This document shows positions 24,638-26,115 of a DNA stretch of 26,115 nucleotides, in pieces (positions within the stretch are counted from its first letter, which is position 1; each line of letters opens with the position of its first letter). A program made the translations under genes and the position numbers. Where the stretch lies: contig JBBDRK010000029.1 in assembly GCA_040905465.1 (NCBI GenBank), positions 30,685 through 56,799 on the forward strand, written 5' to 3'. This stretch comes from Trueperaceae bacterium (GTDB lineage: Bacteria; Deinococcota; Deinococci; Deinococcales; Trueperaceae). The notes below the pieces were generated by a model. It was not told where the DNA came from and did not search any database. It saw only the letters and a list, made by a program, of their open reading frames with translations.

Positions 24638-26092
24638 TCAGGACAGGTCCATACCGAACGGCGGTGGGCTCGTTCGCCCGGACTGCCTCTCCAGCGCGGC
24701 CGCCACGCCCAGTAGTCGGGCGTCTCGCATCGGCGGCGCGATGAACTGCACTCCGCACGGAAGCTCATCGGGGCTGAGTCCCGCGGGAACACTGATCGCG
24801 GGAAGGCCCGCAAGGCTCGCGAGGCAGGTGTCGACATCTCCCAGGTACATGGCGAGCGGATCGTCGCGCCGGGAACCGAGCGGAAAAGCGGTCTCGGGGG
24901 TCGTCGGGCTCAGCAGTACGTCGGCGGACTCGAACGCCCGGTCGAAGTCGTCGGCGATCAATCGTCTGACCCGCAACGCCTTGCCGTAGTATGCGTCGTA
25001 GTAGCCGGCCGACAGCGCATAGGTACCCATCAGCACCCGACGCTTCACTTCGCGGCCCAGCGAGCGCCCCCGACTCTCGGTCATGACCTGCGCCTGGCCC
25101 AGTGAACTCTCGCCGTGCCTGGCGCTATAGACCATCCCGTCGAAGCGCGACAGGTTCGAGCTCGCCTCGGCCGTCGCCACCAGGTAGTAGGTGGCCACGC
25201 CGTGCCGGGCGTAGGGAAGGTCAGCGTCCACTACCGTTGCGCCCAACGTCTCGAGGTCGGCGACCGTCCTGGCAAGGGCGTCGCGCATCGCCGGGCTGTT
25301 GCCGTCGCCCGACAGCTCTCGCACGATCCCGACGCGCAGGCCCGCCAGATTCGTACCGGCGAAGGCGCATTCGGGAGCCTCGGGCAGGCTGGTCGCGTCA
25401 CGTGGATCGGCGCCGGCCATGACCGACATCGCAAGGGCCAGGTCGCCGTTGCTTCTCGCCAGCACACCGACCTGATCGAGCGAAGAAGCGAAGGCGATTA
25501 CCCCGTAGCGCGAAAGGGTGCCGTAGGTAGGCTTGAAGCCAAGCACCCCGCAGAACGCGGCCGGCTGACGCACCGATCCACCGGTGTCGGTTCCCAGCGC
25601 CAGCGGAACCACACCGGCAGCCACCGCGGCGGCCGAGCCACCGGAGGAGCCCCCGGGCACGCGACCCAAGTTCCAGGGATTGCGTACCGGACCGAAGGCG
25701 GAATTCTCGTTCGACGAGCCCATGCCGAACTCGTCGAGGTTGCTCTTGCCGATCACAATCGCGCCGGCCGCGCGCAGGCGCTCGACTACAGTGGCGTCGA
25801 CCGGGGGCACGAACCGCGCAAGCGCTTCCGAACCCGCGGTGGTCAGCAGGCCCGCGGTCAGGATGTTGTCCTTCACGACTACCGGGACGCCTGCCAGCGG
25901 TCCCAAGTCTTCACCGGCAGCGATGCGAGCGTCCAGCCGCTCGGCTGCCGCGCGGGCGCCGGCCTCGTCCAGGGTGATGAAGATGTTCAGGTGAGAGGCC
26001 GCCCTTGCGCGAGCGAGCGACCGATCGACGACCTCGCGCGCGGAGCGGGTCGCCGAGCGCACGTCCCTTGCGATCTCCACGGCCGTCGTCAT
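24638..26092 (-). CDS. gatA: Asp/Glu-tRNA amidotransferase subunit A (~484 aa)
   Basis: VVKDNI, GKSNLDEFGMGSS, PGGSSGGSAAAV, GTDTGGSVRQPAAFCG, EASSNLSRFDG, EVKRRVLMGTYALSAGYYDAYY. Start ATG 26092 is 7 nt after TATGCT (26100-26105). Confidence 0.95.
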   Translation of the reverse strand: MTTAVEIARDVRSATRSAREVVDRSLARARAASHLNIFITLDEAGARAAAERLDARIAAGEDLGPLAGVPVVVKDNILTAGLLTTAGSEALARFVPPVDATVVERLRAAGAIVIGKSNLDEFGMGSSNENSAFGPVRNPWNLGRVPGGSSGGSAAAVAAGVVPLALGTDTGGSVRQPAAFCGVLGFKPTYGTLSRYGVIAFASSLDQVGVLARSNGDLALAMSVMAGADPRDATSLPEAPECAFAGTNLAGLRVGIVRELSGDGNSPAMRDALARTVADLETLGATVVDADLPYARHGVATYYLVATAEASSNLSRFDGMVYSARHGESSLGQAQVMTESRGRSLGREVKRRVLMGTYALSAGYYDAYYGKALRVRRLIADDFDRAFESADVLLSPTTPETAFPLGSRRDDPLAMYLGDVDTCLASLAGLPAISVPAGLSPDELPCGVQFIAPPMRDARLLGVAAALERQSGRTSPPPFGMDLS

Positions 26093-26115
26093 GCCGGGGA
26101 GCATACCAAGACGCT

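Overview
GC-rich bacterial chromosomal window made up mostly of housekeeping genes. The source is probably a Deinococcota member, perhaps Trueperaceae-like. This is inferred from the FtsK N-terminus, the RnpA '[11 protein letters not shown]' motif, an SLH-plus-beta-barrel protein, a stand-alone gatA and repeated TAnnnT-(5-8 nt)-start leaderless signatures. Gene order: ftsK (5' part only), TM-GAF-GAF-GGDEF cyclase, AI-2E transporter, degenerate M23/LytM protein, TrmN/Trm14-like methyltransferase, SLH outer-membrane protein, hemW, large NAD-glutamate dehydrogenase, lspA, prmC, a secreted low-complexity protein divergent from an OmpR-family two-component pair, a Qng1/DUF2419-like hydrolase, a Cys-rich small protein, a Balon/baeRF-like aeRF1 homologue, jag-yidC-yidD-rnpA-rpmH and gatA. 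I saw no mobile element, CRISPR array, tRNA or rRNA. Most notable: (1) a ~230-370 nt rod-like imperfect inverted repeat with a Y-shaped tip between hemW and gdhB, whose G-U pattern favours a minus-strand RNA; (2) a hairpin that would hide the SD of the Balon-like gene only on read-through mRNA from the rpmH operon; (3) a leaderless 10-codon uORF coupled to prmC; (4) the rnpA frame staying open across rpmH, as in Thermus. All pairings and motif calls were made by eye, with no database search.
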